A stretch of DNA of 64,000 nt from assembly GCA_016748015.1 (NCBI GenBank), contig JAAOMT010000129.1, forward strand, positions 744,001 through 808,000, given 5' to 3'. Source of the stretch: Geosiphon pyriformis uo1. Its lineage: Eukaryota; Fungi; Glomeromycota. The notes beneath the pieces were generated by a model that searched no databases, was not told the origin of the DNA, and saw only the letters and a program-made list of their open reading frames with translations. Each line of letters begins with the position of its first letter. Position 1 is the stretch's first letter. The translations under genes were made by a program, and so were the position numbers. Shown here piece after piece: positions 25,601 to 36,521 of this stretch.

Positions 25601-27400
25601 TTTTGTGTAATTTATTTTTGAGTGGAAATTTGCTTGATGTTTTTCATACTGAGGCTGGTGCTTTTATTTTAGATATGCTGGGCTTGGACATTTATTCTAA
25701 AGTGGTGTGTTTTCTTAGGAGATATGTTGTTATTTTTGTGAGCCAACTTTTGGACTATTATAGTATTTGTTTCACAGGAAACACCTTTTATAGGTAAAAG
25801 AGACTTTGTCTTAAGAGTCCAATTCCTGTATAGTTTAGTACAGTGGCTGAGTTTATTGCGAATAGATGTCCACCAACTGCTGGTACTTTAGTTTCCTGTC
25901 TTGGTCACTCTGGCTGCCCATTTAATTTTGGTTTTATTCATCAGTGTTTGTTGGTTTCGAACCTGGTTGCTGTAAAAGTTTACATAAATGGCTCTGTCAA
26001 GAATATGGACTCAATTGGTGTTTGTGGTGGTGCTGTTGCCTATTTTCTGGCTGTTAATGTTAGTGTTGGTATCAAAATACATGGTTTGCTGTCATTGACT
26101 TTGGCTGAGCTGCAAGTTATTACTCTTGTTTTAAATTGTGTGTCTGTATCTTGTGCTGTTACTTTGTTTACAGATAGTCAGGCATTATTAGACATATACA
26201 ACTCTAGTGGAGCTGTGTCTGGTTCTGACCTTTGTAATAAGTGCTGAATCAAAAAAGAACATATATGTCAAATTATCTTAAAGAAGAATTTATTAATCAA
26301 TTGAAAAAAGGTCAAGTGTTATTCTGGTATTGTTGGAAACAAACATGCTGATTTTTATGCCAAAGCTGTAACTTTTTCACATTTCTTTTTGCCTTTTAAA
26401 AGTGTCCTGTTGTTTTTTAAAAGTAGAAGAAAGGCCTGTTTCTGGAAATGCTTATCACTTTGTTAGGAGTTTGTTTGATGTTGTCAGTTTTGTTGGATAG
26501 AAATCCAGATGTATAAATAACATCATAGATATATGTTTAGACAGTAATTTTAATATAGTTAGAACTTTTAGTGTTTGGCATCCTGATGGCAAAATTCACT
26601 CTGGTTTCATGCATGCATTGTTGACACTGCTTTGATTTTATTTTATGAAGACCCTGCATCAACATTTGCTTGTGGTCAAGAGGAAGAGATTGTATAATCA
26701 TATTTATCCAAGTGTGGCTTGCATCCAATGTGGTGTGAAAGAAGATTCTAATCACATGTTTTTATGCACGCATGATGCCAATACTAGGAATGATTTGTTA
26801 TCAGACACTATACATAAGTGGAGTGATTTGGTAGGCACTTCTGCAAATAGTGGTGTAGTCATTCACTTTCTGTACGAGACCAGAGTGTCTGGTTATTTGT
26901 ACACAGTACTGGCTAAGAGGTTTGTGTTAAAGAGTTGAGTAACTAAGACTTTGTGTATTTTGGGTTTCAGTCCTGGTGATAATGTGATTGTTAAGTTGGT
27001 TTATAGTCTTGCTGAGTGCCACAGAACTGATATTTGATTGCCTGCTGCAAAATTGAGATTCTTTTATAAGAAACACAGGCTTTTGTTATGTGATAGTACA
27101 ATTGTTTTCTTGGTTTTTGGTCTGTTGTCTTTGTGGTCTAGTGATTTGGTTCACAGTTTCAGCTTTAGATTGGGTATTCATATTTGTTTTGGCTTATATT
27201 CTTGCTTTTTCAGATTAGCTTTTGGTTTTTTGTGTAATGTTCCTGTAGTTGGTAAGTTTGGTGTATAGTATTGTTTTGATTGGTCTGAGTGACTGGTTAT
27301 ATGTAGAAAAAACATAAACTATGCTTAATTTAGAATCTGTTTTGATTTTGTGTATTTAGGTAGTAATTGGGCTGCATTTATAAAACCTAATAAAAAAAAA
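19640..27400 (+). mobile_element. LINE copy 2, near full length with poly(A) tail, degenerate, interrupted by a solo LTR
   Basis: 5' UTR resembles LINE copy 1. ORF1 about 19800-21653. APE from 21650 (TCNVQ, LGGNFNED). RT (FVDD decayed to FINN at about 24886). RNase H (VYINGS, LAELQVI, FTDSQA). CIQCGVKEDSNHMFLC finger. 3' tail and poly(A) at 27270-27400. Confidence 0.93.
23941..24881 (+). mobile_element. Solo LTR inserted into the RT active-site motif of LINE copy 2
   Basis: TGTTA...TGTAACA termini, exact 4-bp TSD GCAT on both sides; the LINE RT sequence resumes seamlessly. Confidence 0.92.
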
Positions 27401-27846
27401 TAATAATAAAATAATTATATATTATTAAAAAATCTAAAATTAAGAATGTTTATAAAAAAATTAACTTTTATTACATAATAATTACATAAAATAATTAATA
27501 TAAAATTGTTTATTTTATTATAAATTGAATAATACAAACAGTTTAAAATTAAAAAATACTTTAAAAATAAATTAGCTTATTAAAAATTTAAAAATTTTTA
27601 TTAAAAATAAAATTAATAATAATTAAATATTAATAATATTAAAAAAAATTAAAATATTAATATTATATATAAATTAAAAAACAATCTTAATAAAAAATAT
27701 TAAATATTAAAGTAAATAAATTTTTAATAATTAGTAATTATATTTTAAGTATTATTAAAAACAGTATTATTAAAAAATAAAAAATAAAATTAAATTTTAA
27801 GATTAAATAATCTAATAAATTAATTAATTAAAAAAATTATTATCAG

Positions 27847-29612
27847 TAGAATTTTAATTAAACTAAATTAAATTAAACTTTGAATGTTATTCAAGTTCAG
27901 TTTAAATTACAAATTGAACTTGAACCAAATCAATTTTTTAAAGTAGATTCAGTTTGAGTTTAACATTAATTTTTTTTGACAAGTCTAAATTCAGTTTAAG
28001 TTTGGTTCAAAGTTTATAAACTTGTTCAAGTTTGATAGCATTAAAAAAATATATCTTGTACTACTTGTTTATTAATTATTATTATTTTTAATTATTATAA
28101 TCAGTTAAAGAGATATATAAAACTATGTATATATAACAACTCTACTTTTCAACTTATTAAAATAAATTTATTGTTAGCATTATTCAATGTTTTCAAAGAT
28201 TTAAAATTCGAAATAACAGAATTTAATAATCCAAATAGTCCAAATATTAATATATTTGGTAAACATAATTTTTAGAATAAAGTATAGAACTATTTTAATA
28301 AGTTTGAATAAATAAATAAAAAAAAACAACTAAATATACAATTTCAAAATGTATGCATAAACCATTTTTTTGTGAAACTATAGACACTACTAAACTCTTA
28401 TAATATCATTTAAAAATTTTTTATTAGACAATATATGTTATAATAAAAAAATATTATAAGAAAAGACAAAATATCCAGAAAAATTATAAATTAATTAAAA
28501 AAATGTTTTAATGAATAAGATTACTATTTTTTTATAATTTTTGGCCAATCTAACTAGAAAACTGCTCTAGTTTTTTATAATAACTGCTATTAATATTGAT
28601 GAATCTGATAAAGTATTATAATCTCAATTGTATTTATTTAATTATTTATTTAACATATTTAATATTAAATTTATTACTTATTATAATAGTTAAGACAGCA
28701 AGAAAAAAGTTGGTTAAATATTACTCTAAAATAAATACAATTATAATGCTCTGTACTACATTAAATCTAAGGAAAAAATTTTATTATTTTATAAAGAGAG
28801 AATTTTTGGATAATAATATTAATAAAATAAAAAAATTATAAGTTATTAATTTATTCAAATAGTTTTATTTTTCAACTCTTACACAATAAATAAATTTTTA
28901 AAATGTATACTCTTTTTAAAACAGAGTATATACTGGACATTATACCAACATCAAATGACAGTTTTTTGTTAAATAGCAATTTTAATAATACTATAATATT
29001 AGTCATACAATCTATATTAAAGACAAACTTTAATAATAATAAAGAAAAACTTAACAAAATTGATTGTTATATTTCTGAAAAGATGTCAATAAAAAAATGA
29101 ATATAATGACATAGTAAAAGATATATTACAAAAAATATTTATTTAAATTAACTTTTATTAATAATTCGATATTTAAGCATATTAAACACAATTTTTTTGT
29201 TTTATATATATGGCTTGTAATTATTTAACAATTTAAGAATTATTTGTTGCTTCTGAACACGTTTTTTTTACAGGTAAAAATATAATTACAGATATGAGAT
29301 CTTGCTTAGTGCTTAAAACTATTAGAACAATATAATGTTTTTAATTATAAATACAAAAACCATTGAAAAAATAATTAAATAATAATATAATATAATATAA
29401 TGTTTTTAATAGTTAAACTTAAACATATTTATGAATTTTAAATCAAACTTAAACCAGACTTGTTATATATGTTCAGATTTAGTTCAATTTTAGTAATTTT
29501 AAATTTGGTTTAAGTTTAAGTTTAAAATTTTCCCAAATTTTCTGTTTAAGTTTAGTTCAGTTTAGTGTTTTGATTAAACTTAAATCAAACCAAACTAAAT
29601 ATTAGAATTCTA
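27847..29612 (+). mobile_element. Decayed hAT DNA transposon (internally deleted)
   Basis: About 12-bp imperfect TIRs TAGAATT(T/C)TAAT. 8-bp TSD ATTATCAG/ATTACCAG. Subterminal TTCAAGTT/AACTTGAAC arrays at both ends. hATC dimerisation-domain relic MACNYLTI*ELFVASEHVFFTGKNIITDMRSCLVLKTIRTI at about 29210-29335. Confidence 0.85.
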
Positions 29613-31738
29613 ATTACCAGCCAAAATTTGAAATGTCAATTAACATAAAATTATTCTTATAATTTTTATTATTAATTAACATATATTATTATTTTAATTT
29701 ATCATTATTATTTTATTAAATTATTTGAATTATTACTTAATTAATAATTTAATTTATATAAAACACAAATATAACCAAATTATAATAATTATATCATGTA
29801 ACATACTAAATTATATAATATTTAAAATTCACTAAAATATTTAGTAATTTGATAAAATATTTAATAATTTATTAAAAATAATCCATAATTTACAACAAAT
29901 TATATAAAAGAAAAACTTTTTTTTAAAAAAATATATCTTAGTTTAAAATTATTATTTTTAAATATCTTTCTTAAAATTAATCTTATTTTAGAATTAATAT
30001 TGTTCTTATAAATTAATTTAAAATAAAATTATTTTAAAACCCAAAATTTTTAAAGTATTAAATACTTAAAATTAACTCATTTAAAACTAATAATTAAAAT
30101 TAATTAACTACTAATTTTAATAACTATTAGTAACTTTTAGACTTGAATTTAAAATAATTTTTTTAACATATTTTTTTTTTAGTTAATTTTTTTTTTTTTT
30201 TTATATTATTAAGTAATCTATAATCAAAATTTTTATAGAAAAGTTAATTTTTATAGCAAAATAATTATACATATTTTAAAAAGCTTATAAATAAGATTTT
30301 TATAACAAAATAATTATATAAATAATTGGCACAAAATTGGCTATTCTATTATAAGTCCAATAATATATGTAGTTTAAAGTATAAAAAGTTATTTTGAAAA
30401 AAAAATTAACTTAATAAAAGTTTATTACCTTTTATTAACAGCAGAATTAATAATAAAATAGTATTAACAATATTAATAAAAGAATAAAAAATTTTTTGTA
30501 ATAATATATACAAAAATATAATTTGTTTTAATTTTAAAATTGGTAAAAATTAACCAAAAACTAATATATTAAATAATATAATAATTAATTCAAATTAAGA
30601 TCAATTAATATGTTTTTATTATTATTATTTAAAATAAAAAATTTATTTTTATATATAATTATAATAAAATTAAACACAAAATTAATAAAAAATAAAAAAA
30701 ATAAAAAAAATTGGCTTTAAAACAACAAAATTAATACCAGAAAAAAAACTTTTTAGCATTTTAAAAAAGTTGTTATTAATTATAATAAAAATAAAAAAAT
30801 TTGTTTTTAGGTTATTTTAACTTTTTTGGTTATTTAAGTAATAATAAGAAAAAAACAAAAAAAACAATTTAATTATTAAATATTTTAAAACTTTTAGTCA
30901 AAACAAAAATTATATTAAAAATATTTTAAGTAGATTTTTTTAATTAAAAAATAAAAAAAACTGATTAACTACTATTTTATTTAAGAAAAATACTTTTAAT
31001 ATTTGTTATTTTAGAAAATAAAAAAATTACAACTTTTTTACTCTTTATTTTAATTGTAATTATAAAAATATAAAAGAAAAAAAGTTATTTTTGGTTATTT
31101 TTGGCTATTTTTTCTTGGTTTAAATATTAATTAACTTAAATAATTAGTTTTATATAAAAAATGCATAATTTTTAATTTTAAATAAACAAATACAAAATAA
31201 AATATATATTTAATCAACTTTTTTTGTGAAAATTAATATAGAAAAGTTTTGACTGTAATACAATTTTTAATGTTTTTGAAAAAAATTCAAAATAATTGTA
31301 TAATTTGAAATTACAACTTATTAAAATGTCACTTTATTTATTAAATATAAAACCATTTAATGGTAATAACCTTGATATTTCTTTTTTTCTAGGCAAAGTA
31401 TCTGGCCCTCAGAAATTACAATTAAAAGTTGGTTGGGAAAAGAGCTAAAATAGAAATTCAAACTGAAAAGAAAATCATGTACTACGTAAAATGAGGTGAA
31501 AAAGGCACGTTACCCTGGTCGTTAAGCCACCGCAACACTTTGTTGAAACACGCGATAAATTGGTCCGCCCATAATCCTTCTACGTATTAATACCTTAGAA
31601 TCTACTTATTAGGGATTCACACTGATTTTTAAATTCCAAAATTGAAATAACAAAAATAATAATTGGCTCTTTCACTTTAAAGGGTCTTATATATCGAGAT
31701 TATGAATGTATTTTTTCATTGGGCGGCTTTCCAATATT

Positions 31739-33889
31739 CTATCCCAAGTAAGTTGAAGCACTCACATTACCACCATGACCAGTCCAATTGACATGAACGT
31801 CGGCATCCTTTGGATGCTTCTCATCAGTATATTCATCAAGATATCTAAAGGTGTGAGCCCTGAAATCAACAATGTAAACAGAGATTGAGTTTTGATTCAC
31901 AATTTTAAATCAAATATAAAAAAATCGAGGTTTACCCAAAGTAGTCTCTTTGTGCTTGCAACAGATTAGCTGGTAACCTTGCACTCCTGTAACCATCGTA
32001 AAAAGTCAATGCAGTCGCGAAAGCTGGTGTGGGGATGCCTATTAATAATGCTTGAGCGACGACTTGACGCCAAGACTCTTGGGCCTTCACAATGGCGTTT
32101 TTGAAAAATGGATCGAAAAGGAGATTCTCAAGGTGTGGGTTCTTAGTGTACGCGTTTTTAATATCTCCGAGGAAAGCACTATTTAAAATTAAATTTTGAG
32201 TTTTTCAAGTTATTGAATGTTCATCAATCAAAAATTTTAAGTGATATAACCTGCGAATAATACAGCCACCACGCCACATCAAAGCAATACCAGCAGTGTT
32301 CAAATTCCAATTGTAAGTTTTGGCCGCTTCGCGCATTAACATAAATCCTTGTGCATATGAAACTAATTTCGACGCGTAAAGAGCTTGACCTATTTTATCA
32401 ATGAAGGGTTTCTTATCCCCATGATATTTAGTGTTTGCAGGGCCAACAAGAATTTCGCTTGCCCTAACGCGTTCATCTTTAAGAGAGGAAAGGGTACGAG
32501 AATATACAGCTTCACCAATCAACGTAACTGGGATACCAAGATCAAGTGAGGATATGGCGGTCCATTTTCCTGTGCCTTTCTTTAATTATGTTGAAAGAAC
32601 AATTATTTAGCAGAGCAATACTGAGATTATGTTGAAAAGTTGCAAATGATCATACTTACTTGACCAGCAGTATCTCTGATTTTTTCTACTAAAGGTATAC
32701 CATCTTCATCTTTGAATTTTAAAATATCTTTTGTAATTTCAATCAAGAAAGAATCCAATTCTCCTTTATTCCATTCATCAAAAATATCTCCCATCTCGTC
32801 ATGTGGGAGACCAAGACCATCTTTCAGGAGATGATAGGCTTCAGTGATAAGCTGCATATCCCCGTATTCAATACCATTGTGAACCATTTTAACATAATGA
32901 CCAGCCCCAGTTTCTCCAACCCAATCACAGCATGGTTCATCACCGACTTTGGCTGCTATGCTTTGAAAAATTGGTTTAATATGGGGCCTAATTTGGATAA
33001 AAATATTATTTTCATAAAATTGAAGAAAAATAAGTGGATAGATTATTTGAATTAAACGAATAATTATTGTACCAAGCTGCTGGAGATCCTCCTGGCATAA
33101 GAGAAGGACCATAACGGGCACCGTCTTCACCACCAGATACACCACAACCAATAAACAAGAAGCCTTTTTCTTCCAAATATTTGGTTCTTCGAATAGTATC
33201 AGGGAAGTGGGAATTACCCCCATCAATTATGATGTCACCAGGTTCAAGATATTTAATTAATTCTTCAATAAAATGATCGACAGCCTCGCCAGCTTTGACC
33301 AATAACATTACTTTCCGCGGACGTTTTAACTTGCTGACGAGATCTTGGATTGAATAGGCGCCGATTATATTGGTACCTAAATTGGATTAGAGTAAATCAA
33401 ATCTATGGCTGATTTCAAATGGGAATTCATTCTTCAACATCAAATACAGACCTTTTGCTTCGTTCTGCAAAAAGGCTTCAACTTTACTGACCGTTCGATT
33501 GTAGGCAACAGCTTTGAATCCATGATCATTAACATTAAGAATAAGATTTTGGCCCTTTTTATCAAAGTATAATGCTTTCGTTCAGAAATTTATGAATAAA
33601 AAAGGTGTTCATTAGATAATTATCCAAAATACCATGACAGCCAGGCCAATAAGACCAAAGTCGGCACTAATAAGCAAAAATAAAAGAAATCAATTTCAAG
33701 CAGGAAATCATTTTGATAATGTAAATTCAATCTCTTAATTTTTGTTTTAATAGATTTAAATGTGATAACCAAGATATTATTTATATTTAGAAAAGAAATT
33801 GGTAATGTATAAGTGATTTTCACGTAGAAAATTTTATACGTGTTTTTCCACTGAGGCAGGCCCACACATACTTACAGTTCAGCAGCCAT
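31739..33889 (-). CDS. GND1: 6-phosphogluconate dehydrogenase, decarboxylating; 8 exons
   Basis: Exons 33889-33876, 33666-33633, 33554-33452, 33376-33073, 32987-32660, 32579-32251, 32178-31936, 31859-31739 with GT-AG introns. Motifs [105 protein letters not shown]. Confidence 0.97.
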
Positions 33890-34092
33890 GTTGAGAAAAT
33901 ATGAAAGATGAAATTCTTTAGAGAAGGTGAATAAGAGAAGAAAGTGTTATCATAAATCTAGAATCAAACCCAGATTATCTCAAATTGAGCATCAATAGTT
34001 TTCCCGTTTCATTTATTGCTTAATAATCAGTTGCTTAGTAATTCTTATCAGGTTCAAAATCGCTAAAATAAATACCCCCTTTCCTACTCAAA

Positions 34093-35690
34093 ATGCTGCT
34101 ACACTACCAAGAAAGGTTACCTCTACCCGTGTCTCTGGTGTAAAGCAAAAATAGGATCTCGAGGGACAAAAACACCATTCTGCAAAACTCGGGGTTCTCT
34201 TCGACGATGAGACCTACAATGAGCATGAACTCTCACAAGACATTCTTGCCATCAACATAGTCTTTATCTGCTGCATGCAGGGAAGGAGAGCTGCCTGCCA
34301 TCGATGAGAGCGTCAGGACAGGGGAAAAGCGACAGCACCGTCAGATACTCTCAACCGTACACTATTAATCAAGGATCCTCTGGAAGTGACGGATGGGTTT
34401 GATGAGTTTTGCTTATAATACTGGAGTCGATATCGCCGCTTTTATACCAAAAATTCCCATATCGGTCAATCACAACAGGCTTGTATCCATCAAATATAAA
34501 CTTAAGTTTACACAGATGTTCGGGCAGGAAAAGACGCTAATGAAGACGAAGAAAGAAACTTCAAAAAGCTGCCATATAGGGCGAGCGCAAGTTCATGCGA
34601 ACTCTTGTGTGCTTCTTAATGTTGCTTCGGGCTATGCACGGCAAAACGCCTGCAAATATTATCGATGAAGGATTGATTGTAGGGAAGAAGTAATTAGGCG
34701 TAATGTAAATTAGCAAAATTTTAACAAGATATGCGAATCGGCAAGGCCTATCAGCACACTCTATCATGTCGATATTGAAAAGAAAATGACGATTTGTGCA
34801 CAGAATTTTTCGAAATCCACATGGAATCGTTTCTATATCACTCATCTCCATAATCCATCGATGCTAACTACACATCGTTATAAGCCTACCACCATTCTGG
34901 ATAATGACAAGCGCCCTTTGTGGCTTCTGAATTTCCGAAAAAGAGGATAATGATAGGTTTCCTTGCAAGATAATTCGGATGGCAAGCTCACCTACTCTCG
35001 CAAAACTAACGAGTGAAAGTTTGCCTGGGTGTATGAGATATAAAAACAGCTTCGCGAAACCCAAGCGGGTGGCGCTGTTAATCGATCCCGGCGTCCGTAC
35101 GCCTTTTACATGGTACTCTCCCACGAAAGATGAGGCAAGATTGGCGAACATTCTATTGAACTTATAGTTTGCATTTGCAAGTACTTGGACGATCTCAACT
35201 CAAAAAGGATACTTTAATAATATCCTCCTCAAAATGTAAGAGTAAAATGGTCCAGCGACTTTATCAGGCGATTTTTCGAATATGGCGAAAAGTTATACAT
35301 CTGCAAAATGAAATTCACCAGAAATCAGTTACATTCCTTAACCGCCTCCCTTTAAAGTGTCGGACATGGTGAATCGCAAGATAAGAAATATCGCACGAAA
35401 ATTTGCCCCGAAAATGCTTTATAGGGCGCATTATCGCTTTTAACAACATCTGATCATCAAGGTCGAGGAATTAGGGGTCCATGTTATTATCCACAATGAA
35501 GCCTACGCATCCAAGACTTGTAGTTAATGTGGCAACATCCAAAGAATTGGAGGGTTTGAAGTGTCGGAATTGTGGGATCGTGAATAGGTAGAGATGAAAA
35601 TGGCGCTCAGGAGATCCTCCTCTGGCATTGCTTGATAGAGCCTTGGTCCCTCCAGGACATAATAGGCGTTACGCGGCAATGCTAAGTGTT
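34093..35690 (+). pseudogene. Degenerate Fanzor2 / IS607-TnpB-like RNA-guided nuclease (RuvC plus zinc finger), with multiple stops and frameshifts
   Basis: Motifs read across frames in the correct order: LWK*RMGLMSFAYN (about 34378-34420), RETQAG..IDPGVRTPFTWYSP (RuvC-I Asp at 35084), IWRKVIHLQNEIHQKSVTFL, PPFKVSDMVNRK..PKMLYRAHYRF*QHLIIK (RuvC-II region), NEAYASKTCS*CGNI (35495-35538), KCRNCG (35559-35576), RDENGAQEILL (RuvC-III, from 35590). Boundaries approximate. Confidence 0.85.
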
Positions 35691-36521
35691 AAAATTAAAA
35701 TTTGTTATAAATTAATAAATTTAATGTTTAAAATAAGGTATACACAATTTATTTAAATCATAAATTATTAAATATAAATAAAATATAAATGGCTTTAATT
35801 AAATTTTTATAATACATAATATTTTAATTTCCAACAAATGTAATATATATTTGTTTTCTTTTTTTTCAATTAATAAAAATTTAATTGATGAATTTGTAAT
35901 TTGAGTATTATAAATTATTATTCTTATTAAGAATTTTATAAAAAAAATATTTTGCAATAATAAAATATTTTAGTATATATATATTTATTACTTTTATTGT
36001 AATTTAATCACCAATTATTATTGCATAACACAATTATTATATGTTAAATTTTTTTATTTTTTATTTTTAACAATTATTATTTATTATAATACATCAAAAA
36101 ATACTTTAATATAAATATAATTTATGTCTTAATTATATATAATCAGCTATTTAATTAAAATTACATTACAGATTATTTAAAAACAATACATAATTAAATT
36201 AATTTATATAATACATAAATATAATTAAATATAATAAAATAAATTATATAATACTTTAAATTATATAATATTTAAAAACTTATTAAAATATTTAACGAAT
36301 TATTAAAATATTTAATAGTTTATTAAAATAACATGTAATTTACCAAAATATATATTTAAATCTTAAAAAATTTATAAAATATTAGCAAAAAAAAATTATT
36401 AAAAGTTAAAAAAAAAATTTTAAATTATTAATCAATTAATTTATTTTTAAAAAAACCAATTTTTTATAATTAATAGTTTAATACTAGTTTTTTTATTTAA
36501 ATATTTAGCAGTAATTTTTAA

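Noticed and set aside
34561-35151. Minus-strand ORFs of 95-96 aa as real genes
   Set aside because: Antisense to the Fanzor-like relic, with no recognisable motifs or splice pattern.
34000-35690. Telomerase RNA gene (a long ORF-poor GC-rich island near TERT)
   Set aside because: No 1.5-repeat telomeric template is visible (only TTAGGGG at about 35471, inside the VEELG codons), and the region is explained by Fanzor/TnpB protein motifs.
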